Positions 1-13,400 of a DNA stretch of 64,000 nucleotides are shown here, piece by piece. The translations under genes were made by a program, and so were the position numbers. Position 1 is the first letter of the stretch. Each line of letters opens with the position of its first letter. Under the pieces are notes generated by a model. The model was not told the DNA's origin, did not search any database, and saw only the letters and a program-made list of their open reading frames with translations. The DNA comes from Eledone cirrhosa (lineage: Eukaryota), in assembly GCA_964016885.1 (NCBI GenBank), contig OZ024743.1, positions 361,956,001 to 362,020,000 of the forward strand, read 5' to 3'.

Positions 1-2049
1 ACTAGTACAGCACACAGTGCAAACAATTGTTATAACTAGTACAGCTCACAGTGCAAACAATTGTTATAACTAGTACAGCGCACAGTGGAAAAATTGTTAT
101 AACTAGTACAGCTGACAGTGGAAACAATTGTTATAACTAGTACAGCTGACAGTGGAAACAATTGTTATAACTAGTACAGCACACGGTGGAAACAATTGTT
201 ATAAATACTACAGCTGACAGTGGAAACAATTGTTTTAACTAGTACAGCACACAGTGGAAACAATTGTTATAACTAGTACAGCTCACAGTGGAAACAATTG
301 TTATAACTAGTACAGCTCACAGTGGAAACAATTGTTATAACTAGTACAGCTGACAGTGGAAAAAATTGTTATAGCTAGTACAGCACACAGTGGAAACAAT
401 TGTTATAACTAGTACAGCACACAGTGGAAACAATTGTTATAACTAGTACAGCTCACAGTGCAAACAATTGTTATAACTAGTACAGCACACAGTGGAAACA
501 ATTGTTATAACTAGTACAGCTCACAGTGCAAACAATTGTTATAACTAGTACAGCACACAGTGGAAACAATTGTTATAACTAGTACAGCACACAGTGCAAA
601 CAATTGTTATAATTAGTACAGCACACAGTGGAAACAATTGTTATAACTAGTACAGCACACAGTGCAAACAATTTTTATAACTAGTACAGCACACAGTGCA
701 AACAATTGTTATAACTAGCACAGCACACAGTGGAAACAAATGTTTTAACTAGTACAGCCCACAGTGGAAACAATTGTTATAACTAGTACAGCTCAGAGTG
801 GAAACAATTGTTATGACTAGTACAGCACACAGTGGAAACAATTGTTATAACTAGTACAGCACACAGTGGAAACAATTGTTATAACTAGTACAGCACACAG
901 TGGAAACAATTGTTATAACTAGTACAGCACACAGTGGAAACAATTGTTATAACTAGTACAGCACACAGTGGAAATAATTGTTATAACTAGTACAGCACAC
1001 AGTGCAAACAATTGTTATAACTAGTACAGCTCACAGTGGAAACAATTGTTATGACTAGTACAGCACACAGTGGAAACAATTGTTATAACTAGTACAGCCC
1101 ACAGTGGAAACAATTGTTGTAACTAGTACAGCTCACAGTGGAAACAATTGTTATAACTAGTACAGCTGACAGTGGAAACAATTGTTATAACTATTACAGC
1201 TGACAGTGAAAACAATTGTTATAACTAGTACAGCTGACAGTGGAAACAATTGTTATAACTAGTACAGCACACAGTGAAAACAATTGTTATAATTAGTAGA
1301 GCTGACAGTGGAAACAATTGTTATAACTAGTACAGCACACAGTGGAAACATTTGTTATAACTAGTACAGCACACAGTGCAAACAATTGTTATATCTAGTA
1401 CAGCTCACAGTGCAAACAATTGTTATAACTAGTACAGCTCACGGTGGAAACAATTGTTATAACTAGTACAGCTCACAGTGGAAACAATTGTTATAACTAG
1501 TACAGCACACAGTGGAAATAATTGTTATAACTAGTACAGCACACAGTGCAAACAATTGTTATAACTAGTACAGCTCACAGTGCAAACAATTGTTATAACT
1601 AGTACAGCGCACAGTGGAAAAATGTTATAACTAGTACAGCTGACAGTGGAAACAATTGTTATAACTAGTACAGCTGACAGTGGAAACAATTGTTATAACT
1701 AGTACAGCACACGGTGGAAACAATTGTTATAACTACTACAGCTGACAGTGGAAACAATTGTTTTAACTAGTACAGCTCACAGTGCAAACAATTGTTATAA
1801 CTAGTACAGCACACAGTGGAAACAATTGTTATAACTAGTACAGCTCACAGTGCAAACAATTGTTATAACTAGTACAGCACACAGTGGAAACAATTGTTAT
1901 AACTAGTACAGCACACAGTGGAAACAATTGTTATAACTAGTACAGCTGACAGTGGAAACAATTGTTATAACTAGTACAGCACACAGTGAAAACAATTGTT
2001 ATAATTAGTAGAGCTGACAGTGGAAACAATTGTTATAACTAGTACAGCA

Positions 2050-5000
2050 CACAGTGGAAACATTTGTTATAACTAGTACAGCACACAGTGCAAACAATTG
2101 TTATAACTAGCACAGCACACAGTGGAAACAATTGTTTTAACTAGTACAGCTCACAGTGGAAACAATTGTTATAACTAGTACAGCTCAGAGTGGAAACAAT
2201 TGTTATGACTAGTACAGCTCACAGTGGAAACAATTGTTATAACTAGTACAGCACACAGTGGAAACAATTGTTATAACTAGTACAGCTCACAGTGCAAACA
2301 ATTGTTATAACTAGTACAGCTCACAGTGGAAACAATTGTTATGACTAGTACAGCACACAGTGGAAACAATTGTTATAACTAGTACAGCACACAGTGGAAA
2401 CAATTGTTATAACTAGTACAGCACACAGTGGAAACAATTGTTATAACTAGTACAGCACACAGTGGAAACAATTGTTATAACTAGTAAAGCACACAGTGGA
2501 AATAATTGTTATAACTAGTACAGCACACAGTGCAAACAATTGTTATAACTAGTACAGCTCACAGTGGAAACAATTGTTATGACTAGTACAGCACACAGTG
2601 GAAACAATTGTTATAACTAGTACAGCACACAGTGGAAACAATTGTTATAACTAGTACAGCACACAGTGGAAACAAATGTTATAACTAGTACAGCACACAG
2701 TGGAAACAATTGTTATAACTAGTACAGCTGACAGTGGAAGCAATTGTTATAACTAGTACAGCTGACAGTGGAAACAATAGTTATAACTAGTACAGCACAC
2801 AGTGGAAACAATTGTTATAACTAGTACAGCACACAGTGGAAACAATTGTTATAACTAGTACAGCAAATAGTGGAAACAATTGTTATAACTAGTAAAGCAC
2901 ACAATGGAAACAATTGTTATAACTAGTACAGCTCACAGTGCAAACAGTTGTTATAACTAGTACAGCACACATTGGAAACAATTGTTCTAACTAGTACAGC
3001 TCACAGTGCAAACAATTGTTATAACTAGTACAGCTCACGGTGGAAACGATTGTTATAACTAGTACAGCTCACAGTGGAAACAATTGTTATAACTAGTACA
3101 GCACACAGTGGAAATAATTGTTATAACTAGTACAGCACACAGTGCAAACAATTGTTATAACTAGTACAGCTCACAGTGCAAACAATTGTTATAACTAGTA
3201 CAGCTCACAGTGGAAAAATTGTTATAACTAGTACAGCTCACAGTGGAAACAATTGTTATAACTAGTACAGCACACAGTGGAAACAATTGTTATAACTAGT
3301 ACAGCTCACAGTGCAAACAATTGTTATAACTAGTACAGCACACAGTGGAAACGATTGTTATAACTAGTACAGCTCACAGTGCAAAGAATTGTTATAACTA
3401 GTACAGCACACAGTGGAAACAATTGTTATAACTAGTACAGCACACAGTGCAAACAATTGTTATAATTAGTACAGCACACAGTGGAAACAATTGTTATAAC
3501 TAGTACAGCACACAGTGGAAACAATTGTTATAACTACTACAGCTGACAGTGGAAACAATTGTTTTAACTAGTACAGCACACAGTGGAAACAATTGTTATA
3601 ACTAGTACAGCTCACAGTGGAAACAATTGTTATAACTAGTACAGCTCACAGTGGAAACAATTGTTATAACTAGTACAGCTGACAGTGGAAACAATTGTTA
3701 TAGCTAGTACAGCACACAGTGGAAACAATTGTTATAACTAGTACAGCACACAGTGGAAACAATTGTTATAACTAGTACAGCTCACAGTGCAAACAATTGT
3801 TATAACTAGTACAGCACACAGTGGAAACAATTGTTATAACTAGTACAGCTCACAGTGCAAACAATTGTTATAACTAGTACAGCACACAGTGGAAACAATT
3901 GTTATAACTAGTACAGCACACAGTGCAAACAATTGTTATAATTAGTATAGCACACAGTGGAAACAATTGTTATAACTAGTACAGCACACAGTGCAAACAA
4001 TTTTTATAACTAGTACAGCACACAGTGCAAACAATTGTTATAACTAGCACAGCACACAGTGGAAACAATTGTTTTAACTAGTACAGCTCACAGTGGAAAC
4101 AATTGTTATAACTAGTACAGCTCAGAGTGGAAACAATTGTTATGACTAGTACAGCTCACAGTGGAAACAATTGTTATAACTAGTACAGCACACAGTGGAA
4201 ACAATTGTTATAAATAGTACAGCTCACAGTGCAAACAATTGTTATAACTAGTACAGCTCACAGTGGAAACAATTGTTATGACTAGTACAGCACACAGTGG
4301 AAACAATTGTTATAACTAGTACAGCACACAGTGGAAACAATTGTTATAACTAGTACAGCACACAGTGGAAACAATTGTTATAACTAGTACAGCACACAGT
4401 GGAAACAATTGTTATAACTAGTACAGCACACAGTGGAAATAATTGTTATAACTAGTACAGCACACAGTGCAAACAATTGTTATAACTAGTATAGCTCACA
4501 GTGGAAACAATTGTTATGACTAGTACAGCACACAGTGGAAACAATTGTTATAACTAGTACAGCACACAGTGGAAACAATTGTTATAACTAGTACAGCACA
4601 CAGTGGAAACAAATGTTATAACTAGTACAGCACACAGTGGAAACAATTGTTATAACTAGTACAGCTGACAGTGGAAGCAATTGTTATAACTAGTACAGCT
4701 GACAGTGGAAACAATAGTTATAACTAGTACAGCACACAGTGGAAACAATTGTTATAACTAGTACAGCACACAGTGGAAACAATTGTTATAACTAGTACAG
4801 CAAATAGTGGAAACAATTGTTATAACTAGTAAAGCACACAATGGAAACAATTGTTATAACTAGTACAGCTCACAGTGCAAACAGTTGTTATAACTAGTAC
4901 AGCACACATTGGAAACAATTGTTCTAACTAGTACAGCTCACAGTGCAAACAATTGTTATAACTAGTACAGCTCACGGTGGAATCAATTGTTATAACTAGT

Positions 5001-5420
5001 ACAGCTCACAGTGGAAACAATTGTTATAACTAGTACAGCACACAGTGGAAATAATTGTTATAACTAGTACAGCACACAGTGCAAACAATTGTTATAACTA
5101 GTACAGCTCACAGTGCTAACAATTGTTATAACTAGTACAGCTCACAGTGGAAAAATTGTTATAACTAGTACAGCTCACAGTGGAAACAATTGTTATAACT
5201 AGTACAGCACACAGTGGAAACAATTGTTATAAATAGTACAGCTCACAGTGCAAACAATTGTTATAACTAGTACAGCACACAGTGGAAACAATTGTTATAA
5301 CTAGTACAGCTCACAGTGCAAACAATTGTTATAACTAGTACAGCACACAGTGGAAACAATTGTTATAACTAGTACAGCACACAGTGCAAACAATTGTTAT
5401 AATTAGTACAGCACACAGTG
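2050..5420. repeat. Higher-order duplication, offset 1937 bp (57 monomers minus 1 bp), with a third diverged copy at about 6700-7250
   Basis: Shared ordered rare variants: CAAATAG at 2864/4801, CAAACAGTTG at 2941/4878/6951, ATTGG at 2971/4908, and a 33-bp deletion monomer at about 3212/5149/7222. Confidence 0.85.
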
Positions 5421-7499
5421 GAAACAATTGTTATAACTAGTACAGCACACAGTGCAAACAATTTTTATAACTAGTACAGCACACAGTGCAAACAATTGTT
5501 ATAACTAGCACAGCACGCAGTGGAAACAATTGTTTTAACTAGTACAGCACACAGTGGAAACAATTGTTATAACTAGTACAGCTCAGAGTGGAAACAATTG
5601 ATATGAGTAGTACAGCTCACAGTGGAAACAATTGTTATAACTAGTACAGCACACAGTGGAAACAATTGTTATAACTAGTACAGCTCACAGTGCAAACAAT
5701 TGTTATAACTAGTACAGCTCACAGTGGAAACAATTGTTATGACTAGTACAGCTGACAGTGGAAACAATTGATATAACTAGTACAGCAAACAGTGGAAACA
5801 ATTGTTATAACTAGCACATCACACAGGGGAAACAATTGTTATAACTAGTACAGCACACAGTTGAAAGAATTGTTATAACTAGTACAGCACACAGTGGAAA
5901 CAATTGTTATAACTAGTACAGCACACAGTGGAAACAATTGTTATAACTAGTAAAGCACACAGTGGAAACAATTGTTATAACTAGTACAGCTCACAGTGGA
6001 AACAATTGTTATAACTAGTACAGCTCACAGTGGAAACAATTGTTATAAATAGTACAGCTGACAGTGGAAACAATTGTTATAACTAGTAGAGCTCACAGTG
6101 GAAACAATTGTTATAACAAGTACATCACACAGTGGAAACAATTGTTATAACTAGAACAGCTCACAGTGGAAACAATTGTTATAACTAGTACAGCTGACAG
6201 TGGAAGCAATTGTTATAAATAGTACAGCACACAGTGGAAACAATTGTTATAACTAGTACAGCACACAGGGGAAACAATTGTTATAACTAGTACAGCACAC
6301 AGTGGAAACAATTGTTATAACTGGTACAGCACACTGTGGAAACAATTGTTATAACTAGTACAGCACACAGTGCAAACAATTGTTATAACTAGTACAGCTC
6401 ACAGTGGAAACAATTGTTATAACTAGTACAGCACACAGTGGAAACAATTGTTATAACTAGTACAGCTGACAGTGGAAACAATTGTTATAACTAGTACAGC
6501 ACACAGTGGAAACATTTTTTATAACTAGTACAGCTCATAGTGGAAACAATTGATATAACTAGTACAGCACACAGTGGAAGCAATTGTTATAACTAGTACA
6601 GCTCACAGTGGAAACAATTGTTATAACTAGTACAGCACATAGTGGAAACAATTGTTATAATTAGTACAGCACACAGTGGAAACAATTGTTATAACTAGTA
6701 CAGCACACAGTGGAAAGAATTGTTATAACTAGTACAGCTGACAGTGGAAGCAATTGTTATAACTAGTACAGCTGACAGTGGAAACAATAGTTATAACTAG
6801 TACAGCACACAGTGGAAACAATTGTTATAACTAGTACAGCACACAGTGGAAACAATTGTTATAACTAGTACAGCAAACAGTGGAAACAATTGTTATAACT
6901 AGTAAAGCACACAATGGAAACAATTGTTATAACTAGTACAGCTCACAGTGCAAACAGTTGTTATAACTAGTACAGCACACAGTGGAAACAATTGTTCTAA
7001 CTAGTACAGCTCACAGTGCAAACAATTGTTATAACTAGTACAGCTCACGGTGGAAACAATTGTTATAACTAGTACAGCTCACAGTGGAAACAATTGTTAT
7101 AACTAGTACAGCACACAGTGGAAATAATTGTTATAACTAGTACAGCACACAGTGCAAACAATTGTTATAACTAGTACAGCTCACAGTGCAAACAATTGTT
7201 ATAACTAGTACAGCTCACAGTGGAAAAATTGTTATAACTAGTACAGCTGACAGTGGAAACAATTGTTATAACTAGTACAGCTGACAGTGGAAACAATTGT
7301 TATAACTAGTACAGCACACGGTGGAAACAATTGTTATAACTACTACAGCTGACAGTGGAAACAATTGTTTTAACTAGTACAGCACACAGTGGAAACAATT
7401 GTTCTAACAAGTACAGCTCACAGTGGAAACAATTGTTATAACTAGTACAGCTCACAGTGGAAACAATTGTTATAACTAGTACAGCACACAGTGGAAACA

Positions 7500-10400
7500 A
7501 TTGTTATAACTAGTACAGCTCACAGTGCAAACAATTGTTATAACTAGTACAGCACAAAGTGGAAACAATTGTTATAACTAGTACAGCTCACAGTGCAAAC
7601 AATTGTTATAACTAGTACAGCACACAGTGGAAACAATTGTTATAACTAGTACAGCACATAGTGCAAACAATTGTTATAATTAGTACAGCACACAGTGGAA
7701 ACAATTGTTATAACTAGTACAGCACACAGTGCAAACAATTTTTATAACTAGTACAGCACACAGTGCAAACAATTGTTATAACTAGCACAGCACACAGTGG
7801 AAACAATTGTTTTAACTAGTACAGCTCACAGTGGAAACAATTGTTATAACTAGTACAGATCAGAGTGGAAACAATTGTTATGAGTTGTACAGCTCACAGT
7901 GGAAACAATTGTTATAACTAGTACAGCGCACAGTGGAAACAATTGTTATAACTAGTATAGCTCACACTGCAAACAATTGTTATAACTAGTACAGCTCACA
8001 GTGGAAACAATTGTTATGACTAGTACAGCTGACAGTGGAAACAATTGATATAACTAGTACAGCAAACAGTGGAAACAATTGTTATAACTAGCACATCACA
8101 CAGGGGAAACAATTGTTATAACTAGTACAGCACACAGTGGAAACAATTGTTATAACTAGTACAGCTGACAGTGGAAACAATTGTTATAACTGGTACAGCT
8201 GACAGTGGAAACAATTGTTATAACTAGTACAGCACACAGTGGAAACAATTGTTATAACTAGTACAGCACACAGTGCAAACAATTGTTATAACTAGTACAG
8301 CTCACAGAGCAAATAATTGTTATAACTAGTACAGCTCACAGTGGAAACAATTGTTATAACTAGTACAGCTGACAGTGGAAACAATTGTTATAACTAGTAC
8401 AGCACACAGTGGAAATAATTGTTATAACTAGTACAGCACACAGTGCAAACAATTGTTATAACTAGTACAGCTCACAGTGCAAACAATTGTTATAACTAGT
8501 ACAGATCACAGTGGAAACAATTGTTATAACTAGTACAGCTGACAGTGGAAACAATTGTTATAACTAGTACAGCTGACAGTGGAAACAATTGTTATAACTA
8601 GTACAGCTGACAGTGGAAACAATTGTTATAACTGGTACAGCTGACAGTGGAAACAATTGTTATAACTAGTACAGCACACAGTGGAAACAATTGTTATAAC
8701 TAGTACAGCTGACAGTGGAAACAATTGTTTTAACTAGTACAGCACACAGTGGAAACAATTGTTATAACTAGTACAGCAGACAGTGCAAACAATTGTTATA
8801 ACTAGTACAGCTCACAGTGCAAACAATTGTTGTAACTAGTACAACTCACAGTGGAAACAATTGTTATAACTAGTACAGCTGACAGTGGAAACAATTGTTA
8901 TAACTAGTACAGCACACAGTGCAAACAATTTTTATAACTAGTACAGCACACAGTGCAAACAATTGTTATAACTAGCACAGCACACAGTGGAAACAATTGT
9001 TATAACTAGTACAGCTCACAGTGGAAACAATTGTTATAACTAGTACAGCTCACAGTGGAAACAATTGTTATAACTTGTACAGCACACAGTGGAAACAATT
9101 GTTATAATTAGTACAGCACACAGTGCAAACAATTGTTATAACTAGTACAGCTCACAGTGGAAACAATTGTTATAACTAGTACAGTACACAGTGGAAATAA
9201 TTGTTATAACTAGTACAGCACACAGTGGAAACAATTCTTACAACTAGTAAAGCACACAGTGGAAACAATTGTTATAAATATTACAGCACACAGTGGAAAT
9301 AATTGTTATAACTAGAACAGCTGACAGTGGAAACAATTGTTATAACTAGTACAGCACACAGTGGAAACAATTGTTATAACTGGTACAGCTCACAGTGGAA
9401 ACAATTGTTATAACTAGTACAGCACACAGTGGAATCAATTGTTATAACTAGTACAGCTGACAGTGGAAACAATTGTTATAACTAGTACAGCACACAGTGG
9501 AAACAATTGTTATAACTAGTACAGCTGACAGTGGAAACAATTGTTATAACTAGTACAACTGACAGTGGAAACAATTGTTATAACTGGTACAGCTCACAGT
9601 GGAAACAATTGTTATAACTAGTACAGCTCACAGTGGAAACAATTGTTATAACTAGTACAGCTGACAGTGGAAACATTTGTTATAACTAGTACAGCTGACA
9701 GTGGAAACAATTGTTATAACTATTACATCTGACAGTGGAAACAATTGTTATAACTAGTACAGCACACAGTGGAAACAATTGTTATAACTAGTACAACACA
9801 CAGTGCAAACAATTGTTATAACTGGTACAGCTCACAGTGGAAACAATTGTTATAACTACTACAGCACACAGTGCAAACAATTGTTATAAGTAGTACAGCT
9901 CACAGTGGAAACAATTGTTATAACTAGTACAGCACACAGTGGAAACAATTGTTATAACTAGTACAGCTGACAGTGGAAACAATTGTTATAACTAGTACAG
10001 CACACAGTGGAAACAATTGTTATAACTAGTACAGCACACAGTGCAAACAATTGTTATAAGTAGTACAGCTCACAGTGGAAACAATTGTTATAACTAGTAC
10101 AGCACACAGTGGAAACAATTGTTATAACTAGTACAGCACACAGTGCAAACAATTGTTATAAGTAGTACACCTCACAGTGGAAACAAATGTTATAACTAGT
10201 ACAGCACACAGTGGAAACAATTGTTATAACTAGTACAGCTGACAGTGGAAACAATTGTTATAACTAGTACAGCACACAGTGGAAACAATTGTTATAACTA
10301 GTACAGCACACAGTGCAAACAATTGTTATAAGTAGTACAGCTCACAGTGGAAACAATTGTTATAACTAGTACAGCACACAGTGGAAACAATTGTTATAAC

Positions 10401-13400
10401 TAGTACAGCTGACAGTGGAAACAATTGTTATAACTAGTACAGCTGACTGTGGAAACAATTGTTATAACTAGTACAGCACACAGTGGAAACAATTGTTATA
10501 ACTAGTACAGCTGACAGTGGAAACAATTGTTATAACTAGTACAGCACACAGTGGAAACAATTTTTATGACTAGTACAGCACACAGTGCAAACAATTGTTA
10601 TAACTAGTACAGCACACAGTGGAAACAATTGTTTTGACTAGTACAGCTCACAGTGCAAACAATTGTTATAACTAGCACAGCACACAGTGGAAACAATTGT
10701 TATAACTAGTACAGCTCACAGTGCAAACAATTTTTATGACTAGTACAGCACACAGTGCAAACAATTGTTATAACTAGCACAGCACACAGTGGAAACAATT
10801 GTTTTGACTAGTACAGCTCACAGTGGAAACAATTGTTATAACTAGTACAGCTCACAGTGCAAACAATTTTTATGACTAGTACAGCACACAGTGCAAACAA
10901 TTGTTATAACTAGTACAGCACACAGTGGAAACAATTGTTATAACTAGTACAGCTCACAGTGCAAACAATTTTTATGACTAGTACAGCACACAGTGCAAAC
11001 AATTGTTATAACTAGCACAGCACACAGTGGAAACAATTGTTTTGACTAGTACAGCTCACAGTGGAAACAATTGTTATAACTAGTACAGCTCACAGTGGAA
11101 ACAATTGTTATGACTAGTACAGCTCACAGTGGAAACAATTGTTATAACTAGTACAGCACACAGTGGAAACAATTGTTATAACTAGTACAGCAAACAGTGG
11201 AAACAATTGTTATAACTAGCACATCACACAGGGGAAACAATTGTTATAATTAGTACAGCACACAGTGGAAACAATTATTATAACTAGTACAGCACACAGT
11301 GGAAACAATTGTTATAACTAGTACAGCTGACAGTGGAAACAATTGTTATAACTAGTACAGCACACAGTGGAAACAATTGTTATAACTAGTACAGCTGACA
11401 GTGGAAACAATTGTTATAACTGGTACAGCTCACAGTGGAAACAATTGTTATAAGTAGTACCGCACACAGTGGAAACAATTGTTATAACTAGTACAGCACA
11501 CAGTGGAAACAATTGTTATAACTAGTACAGCACACAGTGGAAACAATTGTTATAACTAGTACAGCACACAGTGGAAACAATTGTTATAACTAGTACAGCA
11601 CACAGTGGAAACAATTGTTATAACTAGTACAGCACACAGTGGAAACAATTGTTATAACTCGTACAGCTGACAGTGGAAACAATTGTTATAACTAGTACAG
11701 CTGACAGTGGAAACAATTGTTATAACTAGTACAGCACACAATGGAAACAAATTGTTATAACTAGTACAGCTCACAGTGCAAACAATTGTTATAACTAGTA
11801 CAGCACACAGTGGAAACAATTGTTATAACTAGTACAGCTCACAGTGCAAACAATTGTTATAACTAGTACAGCTGACAGTGGAAACAATTGTTATAACTAG
11901 TACAGCTCACAGTGCAAACAATTGTTATAACTAGTACAGCACACAGTGGAAACAATTGTTATAGCTAGTACAGCTCACAGTGCAAACAATTGTTATAACT
12001 AGTACAGCACACAGTGGAAACAATTGTTATAACTAGTACAGCACATAGTGCAAACAATTGTTATAATTAGTACAGCACACAGTGGAAACAATTGTTATAA
12101 CTAGTACAGCACACAGTGCAAACAATTTTTATAACTAGTACAGCACACAGTGCAAACAATTGTTATAACTAGCACAGCACACAGTGGAAACAATTGTTTT
12201 AACTAGTACAGCTCACAGTGGAAACAATTGTTATAACTAGTACAGATCAGAGTGGAAACAATTGTTATGAGTAGTACAGCTCACAGTGGAAACAATTGTT
12301 ATAACTAGTACAGCACACAGTGGAAACAATTGTTATAACTAGTATAGCTCACAGTGCAAACAATTGTTATAACTAGTACAGCTCACAGTGGAAACAATTG
12401 TTATGACTAGTACAGCTGACAGTGGAAACAATTGATATAACTAGTACAGCAAACAGTGGAAACAATTGTTATAACTAGCACATCACACAGGGGAAACAAT
12501 TGTTATAACTAGTACAGCACACAGTGGAAACAATTGTTATAACTAGTACAGCTGACAGTGGAAACAATTGTTATAAATAGTACAGCTGACAGTGGAAACA
12601 ATTGTTATAACTAGTACAGCTCACAGTGGAAACAATTGTTATAACTAGTACAGCTGACAGAGGAAACAATTGTTTTAACTAGTACAGATGACAGTGGAAA
12701 CAATTGTTATAACTAGTACAGCTGACAGTGGAAACAATTGTTATAACTGGTACAGCTGACAGTGGAAACAATTGTTATAACTAGTACAGCACACAGTGGA
12801 AACAATTGTTATAACTAGTACAGCACACAGTGCAAACAATTGTTATAACTAGTACAGCTCACAGAGCAAATAATTGTTATAACTAGTACAGCTCACAGTG
12901 GAAACAATTGTTATAACTAGTACAGCTGACAGTGGAAACAATTGTTATAACTAGTACAGCACACAGTGGAAATAATTGTTATAACTAGTACAGCACACAG
13001 TGCAAACAATTGTTATAACTAGTACAGCTCACAGTGCAAACAATTGTTATAACTAGTACAGATCACAGTGGAAACAATTGTTATAACTAGTACAGCTGAC
13101 AGTGGAAACAATTGTTATAACTAGTACAGCTGACAGTGGAAACAATTGTTATAACTAGTACAGCTGACAGTAGAAACAATTGTTATAACTGGTACAGCTG
13201 ACAGTGGAAACAATTGTTATAACTAGTACAGCACACAGTGGAAACAATTGTTATAACTAGTACAGCTGACAGTGGAAACAATTGTTTTAACTAGTACAGC
13301 ACACAGTGGAAACAATTGTTATAACTAGTACAGCAGACAGTGCAAACAATTGTTATAACTAGTACAGCTCACAGTGCAAACAATTGTTGTAACTAGTACA

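Noticed and set aside
27-36. TATA-box or bacterial -10-like TATAA(C/T) in each monomer
   Set aside because: It is a short AT-rich match repeated in every unit with no downstream gene, so there is no support for promoter function.
1-47. Synthetic polylinker or engineered array (SpeI ACTAGT, MfeI CAATTG, PsiI TTATAA, PvuII CAGCTG, DraIII CACNNNGTG sites)
   Set aside because: The sites follow from the palindromic monomer, and the layered mutation and duplication history fits natural evolution. The sites are still useful for a 34-bp ladder digest.
131-163. CRISPR-like look: the monomer can be phased as a 30-bp GTT...GAAAC unit plus AATT, resembling the ends of some type I/III repeats
   Set aside because: There are no unique spacers (only an essentially invariant 4-bp linker), no leader and no cas genes, and variation lies inside the would-be repeat.
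7306-7500. 64-aa minus-strand ORF from the track
   Set aside because: It is a translation of the satellite (34-aa period from 3x34 bp) with a TTG start. It is open only because one monomer at about 7401 (GTTCTAACAAG) has lost both in-frame stops. No gene context.
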